64,000 bases of DNA, taken from NCBI GenBank assembly GCA_026936335.1, contig JAPMXV010000045.1:124001-188000 (forward strand), given 5' to 3'. A program made the translations under genes and the position numbers. This DNA is from Mantamonas sphyraenae STR306. Its lineage: Eukaryota; Protista; CRuMs. Shown one piece after another: positions 12,109 to 21,726 of this stretch. Positions within the stretch are counted from its first letter, which is position 1. The number at the start of each line of letters is the position of its first letter. The notes under the pieces are model-generated. The model was not told the origin of the DNA. It ran no database searches and was given only the letters and a program-made list of their open reading frames with translations.

Positions 12109-13299
12109 TCACACATCCAGATCATCATCCAAGTCATCCATGTCATACTCGTCGTCGTAATCTGCATCTGCCTTGTCCATGTAAAAGGTAGCACCGCCTG
12201 CAGAAGAAGAAGTAGCTGCAGCATTTGCAGCAGCAGAGCTTTGCGAAGCGTTGCGCTTCTTTCGCTCGTGCGGCAGGATGAGGGCATCCTTAACCTCTTG
12301 TTCCTGGGTGCTACGAGACAGTTTGAATGTACTGCTGGGTTGTGGTTGGTCGCCATTACCACCACTTGTGCCTTGAGCGGTGTCTGCCGAGTCGCCCGCG
12401 TGGGACGAATCCACCCGTTGTGAGGCCTTCTCCAGAGCCTCCACATCCACCTTTTGTGTGCGCAGTGTGCTGTTGGACCCAGTCACACGGTAGTATTCTG
12501 TGTCGCGTGTGATCTTGCCGTTGCTCTTTTTGTGCAACCAGGTGAGCATTCCGTCGAGACCAGCAGTTGACGGTGACAACGATGACGACACTGAGGAGGA
12601 GGACGAAGAAGAGGAGGAGGAGGATGGTTGTGTGTCCTTGCCACGTCGACTGTGAATGCCCACCTGGTAGGCGTTGTCGCCGGAGGAAGACGAGGTGGTG
12701 TTCTTGGCCACCGCGGCGAGGACACGTGTGGGCACAGGGTCAATGTGCACCACAGTCGATGCCATGGCCTCACACGCATCTACCACTGCATCCTCGTGGC
12801 AGTCCCTGTGAAGAAGGAGAATCAGAGCACCAAAACCTGCGATTTCAGCGAATTGGTCCGCCAGCAGCGCCCTGCACCAGCGTAGTACACGTGTGGGATC
12901 ATCGTGATGACGCAGAAGCAGAGAGCTTAGGGAATCAATGACAAGGATGGGTGAATTGGATTGTGCGTGTTTGTCGGACAGGTCCTGTGGGCTGGCAAAG
13001 TGTGCGCTGAGCACCTGTGTCCACTCCCGCAGCTGCTTCCAGGACAGGGAGTGGTCTGAACGGTCGATCAGAGTGAGACTGCTTGTGTCGGAGGAGGTGG
13101 ATGCCTTGAGTGAGGCATACACTGTGCGAGCATGTGGTTTGTCTGCACTGAGGACCACCAAGTCGCGTGTGCGGTGCACCTGACCCAACATGCCACGTAG
13201 CATGTGTGCCACAAGCACATCCGACGATGGCAATGCCACCGTGTCTGTGATGAGCAGGATCTGCGTGCTTTCCGACCCCTGGGTGAACTTGGACAGCAT
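12109..13299 (-). CDS. ELP5: Elongator complex subunit 5
   Basis: RecA-like core (LVIDSLSSLLL, LLHRDCH) plus the ELP5 tail PSSTFKL..QE..KDALILP..YMDKADADYDDEYDMDDLDDDLDV. Confidence 0.8.
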   Translation of the reverse strand: MLSKFTQGSESTQILLITDTVALPSSDVLVAHMLRGMLGQVHRTRDLVVLSADKPHARTVYASLKASTSSDTSSLTLIDRSDHSLSWKQLREWTQVLSAHFASPQDLSDKHAQSNSPILVIDSLSSLLLRHHDDPTRVLRWCRALLADQFAEIAGFGALILLLHRDCHEDAVVDACEAMASTVVHIDPVPTRVLAAVAKNTTSSSSGDNAYQVGIHSRRGKDTQPSSSSSSSSSSSVSSSLSPSTAGLDGMLTWLHKKSNGKITRDTEYYRVTGSNSTLRTQKVDVEALEKASQRVDSSHAGDSADTAQGTSGGNGDQPQPSSTFKLSRSTQEQEVKDALILPHERKKRNASQSSAAANAAATSSSAGGATFYMDKADADYDDEYDMDDLDDDLDV

Positions 13300-13395
13300 G
13301 CTTTCTCCGTAGATGCGCGAGCGCAGCGCGAATCCCAACAACACATGAGCTAATGTACCATGACTTTGAACAACTGCGCCGGATTGTTGAACACT

Positions 13396-13490
13396 GGGCC
13401 GGGGCTGGGAATGAATGGCGCAGTAGCGTTCTCTGATGGTGGAACAAGAGATGGGGGACAGCGCTCAGCGCTGCGGGGATGCAAACAAAG
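13396..13490 (+). repeat. ~95-bp direct repeat, copy 1 (copy 2 at about 14961-15055), flanking the LRR gene
   Basis: ggccggggctgggaatgaatggcgcag(t/g)agcgttctctgatggtggaacaagagatgggg..cagcgctcagcgctgcggggatgcaaacaaa occurs at both sites. Confidence 0.9.
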
Positions 13491-13647
13491 AAATGAGCAC
13501 GCGGAAACTTGTTGACTGGAAAGATCTGCTTCAAAGTGGTGACCATGCACGTGTGTGCGGTGCGCTGGAGGCACAGGGAAAGGTGGGATGGGACTGGAAT
13601 GCAGGGTGACGTGAGGTATTACCTGGAGCTGACACGCGGGGCAGAGG

Positions 13648-14979
13648 TTGAGGATTCTCGGCAAGGGCCTGAGGAACAACGAGGCAGCAGCACTGGCACG
13701 GGCACTGAGTGAGAACAGCACTTTGCAGACACTGGACCTCAGCCACAACGCCGTTGGGGAGAAAGGGGCAGCAGCTCTGGCACAGGCCCTGGACAGCTTG
13801 CAGTCACTTGGACTCTGGAACAACTCCATCGGGGCTGAAGGGGCAGTAGTCCTGGTACGGGCACTGAGTGATAACAGCAGCTTGAAGTCGCTGAACCTCG
13901 CTTGCAACAGCATCGGAGCAGAGGGGGCAGCCGCACTAGCAGATGCACTGCGAGAAAACACAAGCTTGCAGACACTGGTGCTGTGGTACAACGGCCTTGG
14001 CCCAAAAGGGGCAGCAGCACTAGCGGAGGCACTGCTTGAGAACAGCACCTTGTGGTCACTGGACCTCCACCAGAACTCGCTTGCGGACAAAGGTGCAACG
14101 CTGCTGGCCATGTCCCTCCGCATGAACAGCAGCTTGCAAACTCTCAATCTCAGTCGTAACGGCATCAAGGGAACAGGAGCAGCAGCGATAGCCAAGGCAC
14201 TGGGTGAAAACGGCACCTTGCAGACACTGGACCTTGATAACAACAGCATAGGGGACGAAGGAGCGGTTTCACTGGCTCAGGCCTTGCGTGCAAACACAAG
14301 CTTGCAGACACTGTACCTCGACAACAATGGCATCGGGGCAGAAGGAGCTACAGAGCTGGCACAGGCACTGACTGAGAACAGCAGCTTGCAGACACTGCAC
14401 CTCGATTGCAACAGCTTTGGAGACAATGGTGGGGCAGCACTCGCCGAAACACTGAAAGGCAATCGGTCGTGCTGGTATGCCGTGTTCGATGATGAAGGAA
14501 CTGCCGACATTGACGGTGACATTGAGTTGCCGCAATTGGATCGCAACAGGAAGCAGCATGAGGAGTTTGTGGAGTGTGGGGATCTGGAGAAGATGAAGGC
14601 GTTGCGGGAGTGGGGTGTCCCTGTGGACACGTTTGCAGGGGATGGTGGGATGACTACAGCACTGGAGAGAGCAGTGAAACGAGGGGACGAGAGGATTGTG
14701 GAGGTGTTGAGGGTGTGGGGTGCGAAGCCAAGGATGGAAACAGTGAACATGGCGAGAGAGGGAGGGTGGAGGAAGGCGTGGCATTGGATTGGATGGGGTG
14801 AACAGGTGGATGAGGCGATGGAGGTGGCATCGGTGATGAACGGGGAGGAGAGGGAGGTGATGTTTGAAGCAGGTGGGATGGAGGCGTATGTGCAGGCGGG
14901 AGGGTGGGAAGGGTGGGTGACACTGCCAGATGAGGTGATGGAAAGGGTGATTGGGTGGCTGGGCCGGGGCTGGGAATGA
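13648..14979 (+). CDS. RNI-like leucine-rich repeat protein (NLRC3/CARD15-type 28-aa LRRs) with a C-terminal ankyrin-like repeat; start uncertain
   Basis: About ten repeats of NxxLQTLxLxxNxIGxEGAxALAxAL, then TALERAVKRGDERIVEVL. Confidence 0.88.
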   Translation: MRILGKGLRNNEAAALARALSENSTLQTLDLSHNAVGEKGAAALAQALDSLQSLGLWNNSIGAEGAVVLVRALSDNSSLKSLNLACNSIGAEGAAALADALRENTSLQTLVLWYNGLGPKGAAALAEALLENSTLWSLDLHQNSLADKGATLLAMSLRMNSSLQTLNLSRNGIKGTGAAAIAKALGENGTLQTLDLDNNSIGDEGAVSLAQALRANTSLQTLYLDNNGIGAEGATELAQALTENSSLQTLHLDCNSFGDNGGAALAETLKGNRSCWYAVFDDEGTADIDGDIELPQLDRNRKQHEEFVECGDLEKMKALREWGVPVDTFAGDGGMTTALERAVKRGDERIVEVLRVWGAKPRMETVNMAREGGWRKAWHWIGWGEQVDEAMEVASVMNGEEREVMFEAGGMEAYVQAGGWEGWVTLPDEVMERVIGWLGRGWE

Positions 14980-15094
14980 ATGGCGCAGGAGCGTTCTCTG
15001 ATGGTGGAACAAGAGATGGGGAAACAGCGCTCAGCGCTGCGGGGATGCAAACAAAACAACAACAAACACGGCCTCTGCCAGCAGAGGGAGCAGC

Positions 15095-16084
15095 ATGTCA
15101 GAGGCAGAGGCAGGTGTCGTCTTGGACATCCAACACGAAAGCGAATCAGGTGTAGAGGCCGACACAGACGCTGTTCAGGTCGGGCTGGTGCCAGACTTCC
15201 TGAACAACCCTGTTGAGGAGGTTGCATCGACGCCGTCGGTGATGTCGTCGTCCTCGATGGAAGAGAACACAGACTCAAAGTCGATGATGAGCAGCAACGA
15301 GCAGGATGAGGAAGGGGAGCGTGTGTTGACGCTTGCGGAGATCACGTCGTCGGGTTGGGACCTGCGCTCGTTCTTGGTCACAGCACCTCCCGAGAATTGT
15401 GTGGTGCAGTGCTATATCGAGCGGGAGTCGGGTCTGTATCCGAGGTTCTGGCTTTATCTGGAGGAGGAGAGGACGTTTCTCCTCTCGGGCCGCAAACGCA
15501 AAAAGACACTGGCCCCCGATTTTGTGCTGAGCCTCGACAAGGAAGACATGGACAAGGACAGCGCCAATTGTGTGGGCAGGGTGCAACGCGACTTGGCGGC
15601 GAACATGTACACCTTGTCGTCCTCTGGTGACGACTACATGAGAGCTGGGAAGAACTACAAATTGGAGCGCCAGGAGCTGGCGTTTGTGCAGATTCACAGC
15701 AACAGGATGGGATTCGACGGACCACGCAAGCTCACCATGGTGTTGCCGGAGACCACGAGGGATGGGCATTGCAGTGGCATCCAGGCCACTTGCAAAGAGG
15801 AGGGGTTGCAGTACAGGAATAGCAAGGAGGACTACGACAACCTGCGTGTGTTTGCGAACAAGCAGCCACAGTGGAACGAGGCCACTCATGCATTCTTTCT
15901 CAATTTCCAAGGGCGTGTGAAGGTGCCCTCGGAGAAAAACTGCCAACTGGTGGAGGTTGGTGGCGACCAGGATTACATCGCCATGCAGTTTGGCAAAGTG
16001 GACAAGAATGTGTTCAATGTGGACTACCGTCGGCCTCTGAATGCGCTCCAGGCGTTTGCCATTGCCATCAGCATTCTGCAGTGA
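15095..16084 (+). CDS. Truncated Tubby-domain paralogue, copy 1
   Basis: Tubby core motifs (FLLSGRKRKK, GPRKLTM, LNFQGRV, MQFGKV). Short N-terminus; ends ISILQ* without the K-x-x-CE tail. Confidence 0.88.
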   Translation: MSEAEAGVVLDIQHESESGVEADTDAVQVGLVPDFLNNPVEEVASTPSVMSSSSMEENTDSKSMMSSNEQDEEGERVLTLAEITSSGWDLRSFLVTAPPENCVVQCYIERESGLYPRFWLYLEEERTFLLSGRKRKKTLAPDFVLSLDKEDMDKDSANCVGRVQRDLAANMYTLSSSGDDYMRAGKNYKLERQELAFVQIHSNRMGFDGPRKLTMVLPETTRDGHCSGIQATCKEEGLQYRNSKEDYDNLRVFANKQPQWNEATHAFFLNFQGRVKVPSEKNCQLVEVGGDQDYIAMQFGKVDKNVFNVDYRRPLNALQAFAIAISILQ

Positions 16085-16282
16085 CGAATCCGTGGCTCCA
16101 ACCCCATTCCCCCCCCCGCCTCACCCAGCACCCCGTGTGACTCCACCGTGCACTCTCGTTATATGCAGTATCCAATGCAGTCACTCATACTCTCAGCACT
16201 GGCATTGATGGGGCGCAGCACGAGCCAGAGAAACTTGGAGCCCGCACTGCCACCGGTACTGATTCCCAAACACCGAAACAGC

Positions 16283-17278
16283 ATGTCAGAGGCAGAGGCA
16301 GAGGCAGGTGTCGTCTTGGACATCCAACACGAAAGCGAATCAGGTGTAGAGGCCGACACAGACGCTGTTCAGGTCGGGCTGGTGCCAGACTTCCTGAACA
16401 ACCCTGTTGAGGAGGTTGCATCGACGCCGTCGGTGATGTCGTCGTCCTCGATGGAAGAGAACACAGACTCAAAGTCGATGATGAGCAGCAACGAGCAGGA
16501 TGAGGAAGGGGAGCGTGTGTTGACGCTTGCGGAGATCACGTCGTCGGGTTGGGACCTGCGCTCGTTCTTGGTCACAGCACCTCCCGAGAATTGTGTGGTG
16601 CAGTGCTATATCGAGCGGGAGTCGGGTCTGTATCCGAGGTTCTGGCTTTATCTGGAGGAGGAGAGGACGTTTCTCCTCTCGGGCCGCAAACGCAAAAAGA
16701 CACTGGCCCCCGATTTTGTGCTGAGCCTCGACAAGGAAGACATGGACAAGGACAGCGCCAATTGTGTGGGCAGGGTGCAACGCGACTTGGCGGCGAACAT
16801 GTACACCTTGTCGTCCTCTGGTGACGACTACATGAGAGCTGGGAAGAACTACAAATTGGAGCGCCAGGAGCTGGCGTTTGTGCAGATTCACAGCAACAGG
16901 ATGGGATTCGACGGACCACGCAAGCTCACCATGGTGTTGCCGGAGACCACGAGGGATGGGCATTGCAGTGGCATCCAGGCCACTTGCAAAGAGGAGGGGT
17001 TGCAGTACAGGAATAGCAAGGAGGACTACGACAACCTGCGTGTGTTTGCGAACAAGCAGCCACAGTGGAACGAGGCCACTCATGCATTCTTTCTCAATTT
17101 CCAAGGGCGTGTGAAGGTGCCCTCGGAGAAAAACTGCCAACTGGTGGAGGTTGGTGGCGACCAGGATTACATCGCCATGCAGTTTGGCAAAGTGGACAAG
17201 AATGTGTTCAATGTGGACTACCGTCGGCCTCTGAATGCGCTCCAGGCGTTTGCCATTGCCATCAGCATTCTGCAGTGA
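16283..17278 (+). CDS. Truncated Tubby-domain paralogue, copy 2
   Basis: Protein identical to copy 1 apart from an extra EA at the N-terminus. Confidence 0.88.
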   Translation: MSEAEAEAGVVLDIQHESESGVEADTDAVQVGLVPDFLNNPVEEVASTPSVMSSSSMEENTDSKSMMSSNEQDEEGERVLTLAEITSSGWDLRSFLVTAPPENCVVQCYIERESGLYPRFWLYLEEERTFLLSGRKRKKTLAPDFVLSLDKEDMDKDSANCVGRVQRDLAANMYTLSSSGDDYMRAGKNYKLERQELAFVQIHSNRMGFDGPRKLTMVLPETTRDGHCSGIQATCKEEGLQYRNSKEDYDNLRVFANKQPQWNEATHAFFLNFQGRVKVPSEKNCQLVEVGGDQDYIAMQFGKVDKNVFNVDYRRPLNALQAFAIAISILQ

Positions 17279-17476
17279 CGAATCCGTGGCTCCAACCCCA
17301 TTCCCCCCCCCGCCTCACCCAGCACCCCGTGTGACTCCACCGTGCACTCTCGTTATATGCAGTATCCAATGCAGTCACTCATACTCTCAGCACTGGCATT
17401 GATGGGGCGCAGCACGAGCCAGAGAAACTTGGAGCCCGCACTGCCACCGGTACTGATTCCCAAACACCGAAACAGC

Positions 17477-18472
17477 ATGTCAGAGGCAGAGGCAGAGGCA
17501 GGTGTCGTCTTGGACATCCAACACGAAAGCGAATCAGGTGTAGAGGCCGACACAGACGCTGTTCAGGTGGGGCTGGTGCCAGACTTCCTGAACAACCCTG
17601 TTGAGGAGGTTGCATCGACGCCGTCGGTGATGTCGTCGTCCTCGATGGAAGAGAACACAGACTCAAAGTCGATGATGAGCAGCAACGAGCAGGATGAGGA
17701 AGGGGAGCGTGTGTTGACGCTTGCGGAGATCACGTCGTCGGGTTGGGACCTGCGCTCGTTCTTGGTCACAGCACCTCCCGAGAATTGTGTGGTGCAGTGC
17801 TATATCGAGCGGGAGTCGGGTCTGTATCCGAGGTTCTGGCTTTATCTGGAGGAGGAGAGGACGTTTCTCCTCTCGGGCCGCAAACGCAAAAAGACACTGG
17901 CCCCCGATTTTGTGCTGAGCCTCGACAAGGAAGACATGGACAAGGACAGCGCCAATTGTGTGGGCAGGCTGCAACGCGACTTGGCGGCGAACATGTACAC
18001 CTTGTCGTCCCCTGGTGACGACTACATGAGAGCTGGGAAGAACTACAAATTGGAGCGCCAGGAGCTGGCGTTTGTGCAGATTCACAGTGACAGGATGGGA
18101 TTCGATGGACCACGCAAGCTCACCATGGTGTTGCCGGAGACCACGAGGGATGGGCATTGCAGTGGCATCCAGGCCACTATCAAAGAGGAGGGGTTGCAGT
18201 ACAGGAATAGCAAGGAGGACTACGACAACCTGCGTGTGTTTGCGAACAAAGAGCCACGGTGGAGTGTTCCTGACAACAGGTATGTACTGGACTTTCAAGG
18301 GCGTGTGATGGTGGCCTCGGAGAAAAACTGCCAACTGGTGGAGGCTGGTGGCGACCAGGACTGCATCGTCTTCCAAATTGGCAAATTGGACAAGAATGTG
18401 TTCACTCTGGACTACCGTCGGCCTCTGAATGCGCTCCAGGCGTTTGCCATTGCCATCAGCATTCTGCAGTGA
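17477..18472 (+). CDS. Truncated Tubby-domain paralogue, copy 3 (divergent 3' third)
   Basis: Same unit, but with KEPRWSVPDNRYVLDFQGRVMVASEKN in place of KQPQWNEATHAFFLNFQGRVKVPSEKN. Confidence 0.88.
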   Translation: MSEAEAEAGVVLDIQHESESGVEADTDAVQVGLVPDFLNNPVEEVASTPSVMSSSSMEENTDSKSMMSSNEQDEEGERVLTLAEITSSGWDLRSFLVTAPPENCVVQCYIERESGLYPRFWLYLEEERTFLLSGRKRKKTLAPDFVLSLDKEDMDKDSANCVGRLQRDLAANMYTLSSPGDDYMRAGKNYKLERQELAFVQIHSDRMGFDGPRKLTMVLPETTRDGHCSGIQATIKEEGLQYRNSKEDYDNLRVFANKEPRWSVPDNRYVLDFQGRVMVASEKNCQLVEAGGDQDCIVFQIGKLDKNVFTLDYRRPLNALQAFAIAISILQ

Positions 18473-18669
18473 CGAATCCGTGGCTCCAACCCCATTCCCC
18501 CCCCGCCTCACCCAGCACCCCGTGTGACTCCACCGTGCACTCTCGTTATATGCAGTATCCAATGCAGTCACTCATACTCTCAGCACTGGCATTGATGGGG
18601 CGCAGCACGAGCCAGAGAAACTTGGAGCCCGCACTGCCACCGGTACTGATTCCCAACCACCGAAACAGC

Positions 18670-20270
18670 ATGTCAGAAGCAGAGGCAGAGGCAGCTGCAG
18701 AGGCAGGTGTCGTCTCGGACATCCAACACGAAAGCGAGTCACGTGAAGAGGGCGGGGCCGATGCAGCAGAGGACACGACGGTTGCAACAGGCAACGATGG
18801 AGGGACAACAAGAACAGGCGAGGACACAGGGCACAGCACGGAAGCGAACCAAGTGAACCGTTTGAATGTGTTTTGCGTGGGCGCCCAGGAGGCTGGGAAG
18901 ACGTCGTTTGTGTACCAGTTTGTGGCCAACAAGTTCCTGATTAACAAAGTGCACACACACTGTGCCTACGAGGCCAAGACCGACGTGGACGGCATCCCAT
19001 ACGACATGTTCATCTACGATCTGCCGTCCAACCCTATGTTGTGGAGTCCAGAGGTGAGTGAAGCACTGCCACGGGCCCCGCCGGGGCAGAAGAGACCGAG
19101 TGGACTTTCCCCTCTCTCTCAACCACGCAACCCCGCCCACCACTCACACACATGCGCCTGCCCACACACACGCAGTTGTTCCACGACGACTGTGCCTTTA
19201 TGGTGATGTACGACATCAATTCGGCGGACGGCAGCGCCGAAGTGGATGCGTACCTGGAACGGTGAGTGGTGGGGAGACGCTGCGGCTCGGCGTTGAGCAT
19301 TCTGACACCCAATGACACACGCAAAACCCCCCACCCGCAAAACAAACACAAACACACAATCACACTCACACTCACACTCTACGCAGCATCTGCGCCTTGG
19401 CACGCATGCGAGACTCGTTCATGAGCCGGCGGCTGATTTCGTCTGTGCGGCCGATTCTGGCCCCAAGCCAAGATGTGAGTTTTCACCGTTTCCGACACGC
19501 ACACACACCCGTGTGCCTTGCTCGCCCCCCCCCTCCCTTCCCCCCTCCCCACACACACTGACACGGACGTATATTGAACCGCCATGCGGACAGTCGTTCA
19601 AGCTGCAGAACAAGATGAACGAGGCGATCCAGTCATCGCTGGAGAGTGCCCTTGGGGAAGCGTTGGCGGCGGAGGCATCGCAGGGTCAAATGGAGGCGGG
19701 AAGAAGCAGTCGACGGGAGCGAGGAGACCCGGGACGACAGAGTGTGATTATCATGCACGAGAACAGCATTGAGGAGGGAGTGGGACGGACACATAGGGCT
19801 ACGACGTTCAACCAGTTTACGCTGTCGGATGCAGACCCTGCGGTGGTGGTGGTGGCCACCAAGACGGATCTGGTGAATGACGAGCGACAGGTGGAGGCGC
19901 TGTTGGAGTCGCACAAGAAGAAGATGCCCAAGGCGGTGCAGATGGGCTGTGGGTTTGCGAGCACGACGGCGGCAGACCACGACAGGGTGTGGGACACGGT
20001 GGAGCAGGTGGTGAGGCACACACGCGCCAAGCAACGACTCAACGAGGTGCGTCGTATTGTATCGGACCTGTCACGTGTGCTCCTGCACATCAACGGGATG
20101 TTTCAGCAGCTGTTGGAGAACGGCACCGAGCTTGCCACCGCCTACATTTCGGATGCCCAGTGTCGCGAGTACCTGGCCAAGGTCATTGAGGGCGACTTTC
20201 CCGAGTCGTTGTTTCAGGCGTTTATCCACCTGATTGCATCGCCCGGGAGCAGGTCTGGCGTGCAAGGTGG

Positions 20271-20303
<33 letters not shown>

Positions 20304-21669
20304 CAAGGAGGCAGGCTCGGGTGCGAGCGGAGGTGGAAGTGGTGGAGACGGGAGCACGGGAGGAAAGGATGCACAGGAGAAGCAAAAGGGAGGAGAGAAG
20401 GCGGAGGAGCAGGAGCGGGAGCAGGGGCAGGGGCAGGATGAGGATGAGGATGCCGTGCGGTTCTATCTGAGGGACTTTTTCCTGCTGGTGTACTTTGTGG
20501 TGGAGAATCATGCCAAGGAGACGCTGAAGATTCGAGAGATGGAGGAGCAGCACGGGGTGGGAGCACGCAAGCTGGACTACCGCATGCTTGTGGGCGGGTA
20601 TGCGCAGATGCGTGAGGTGTACGACTTTTTCGACGACAACAGAGACGGCAAGGTGGACCAGCTGGAGTTCCTGAAGGGGTACAAGCGACTGACAGACGGG
20701 GTGGAGCCGCCAATGGCCATGTTCAACCTGTTTGCACAGTCGGTGTACAACAGCAACGCAAGCCGGCAGGTGCAGGACGAGCAGGTGGGCGACGTGGCAC
20801 GCAGCATGACGATGGCCAGGCAGAGCAGCGACCTGCACTACGTCTCCTTTGAGGACTTTGGATACGTGTTGCATCTGTACTTCCAGGAAGACAGCATGGA
20901 CGGCAAGGGCTACGTCATCGTGGACGACCTGTCCGAAAGCGGCTCGCAAAAGTCCTCCAGCAGGGTGATGGAGGGACGCTCGGGCGGCGAAGGGTACCGC
21001 AATCGCAGCTCGAGCCGGTTTGTGAATAGCCAAGGCGAGGCATCGTCGTCGTTATCTTCGGCTTCGGCTTCCACGAGGACGATGCGAGGGACGACGCAGG
21101 AGGAGGCTGGGGAGGACGAGCCCGTGCGAAGAACACGCAGTTCGGCCACAATGGCACCGCGGATGGTCGAGTCATTGAGGACATTGAGCAACGACGGGGG
21201 TGAAGGGAGCAGCAGCAGCAGTAGCAGCAGCAGCAGTGGTGTAAGCAGCAAGGCAAGCAGTAGCGCACTGAGTGGAGGAGGAGCTGCATCGGGAGGCAAA
21301 AAGACGAGCACAAGTTTGGCAGAGCAGGTGGGAGGGGTGCAGAACCTGGGAGCACACCCAGAAGCATCGTACATCGGGTATCTGACGATGCGCAACTCTG
21401 GGTTGGTCAAGTCGTGGAAGAGGAAGTACTATGTGTTGGATGGGCCGGAGCTGGTGGCGTACAAGGACGAGGAGGAGTTCCGTGCAGGCAAGGGCAACAA
21501 GGGGGTCATCAACCTCCGTGGGGCCATCGTGAAGCACTCGTCGATCGAAGAGTCGGGCAAGAGCTTCTGCATGAAGATCACCCCCGACGGGGAAAAGGCC
21601 ATGTTTGCCTATGCAGACTCGGAGTCGGAGATCAAGGGGTGGGTCAAGATGATGTGGCGGTGTGTTTGA
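18670..21669 (+). CDS. Multidomain protein: atypical Ras-like GTPase domain + EF-hand + C-terminal PH domain, about 4 exons
   Basis: G1 GAQEAGKTS, degenerate G3 YDLPS, G4 VVVATKTDL; EF-hand FDDNRDGKVDQLEF; PH GYLTMRNSGLVKSWKRKYYVL..GVINLRGA..GW. Introns at about 19053-19174, 19262-19387 and 19454-19593. Confidence 0.75.
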
Positions 21670-21726
21670 CATGTGTGTATGTGTGTGGTGTGCTGTGTGG
21701 CGCTGTCGAATACAAACAATCGCCGC

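Larger units (their letters stand above)
15091..18737 (+). repeat. Tandem array with a 1194-bp unit (three full units plus the start of a fourth)
   Basis: ORFs repeat at an exact 1194 offset (16148/17342, 15275/16469, 15333/16527/17721). The unit continues into the 5' end of the gene at 18670. Confidence 0.95.

Noticed and set aside
13680-14460. 84-bp periodic DNA repeats
   Set aside because: Fully explained by 28-aa LRR units.
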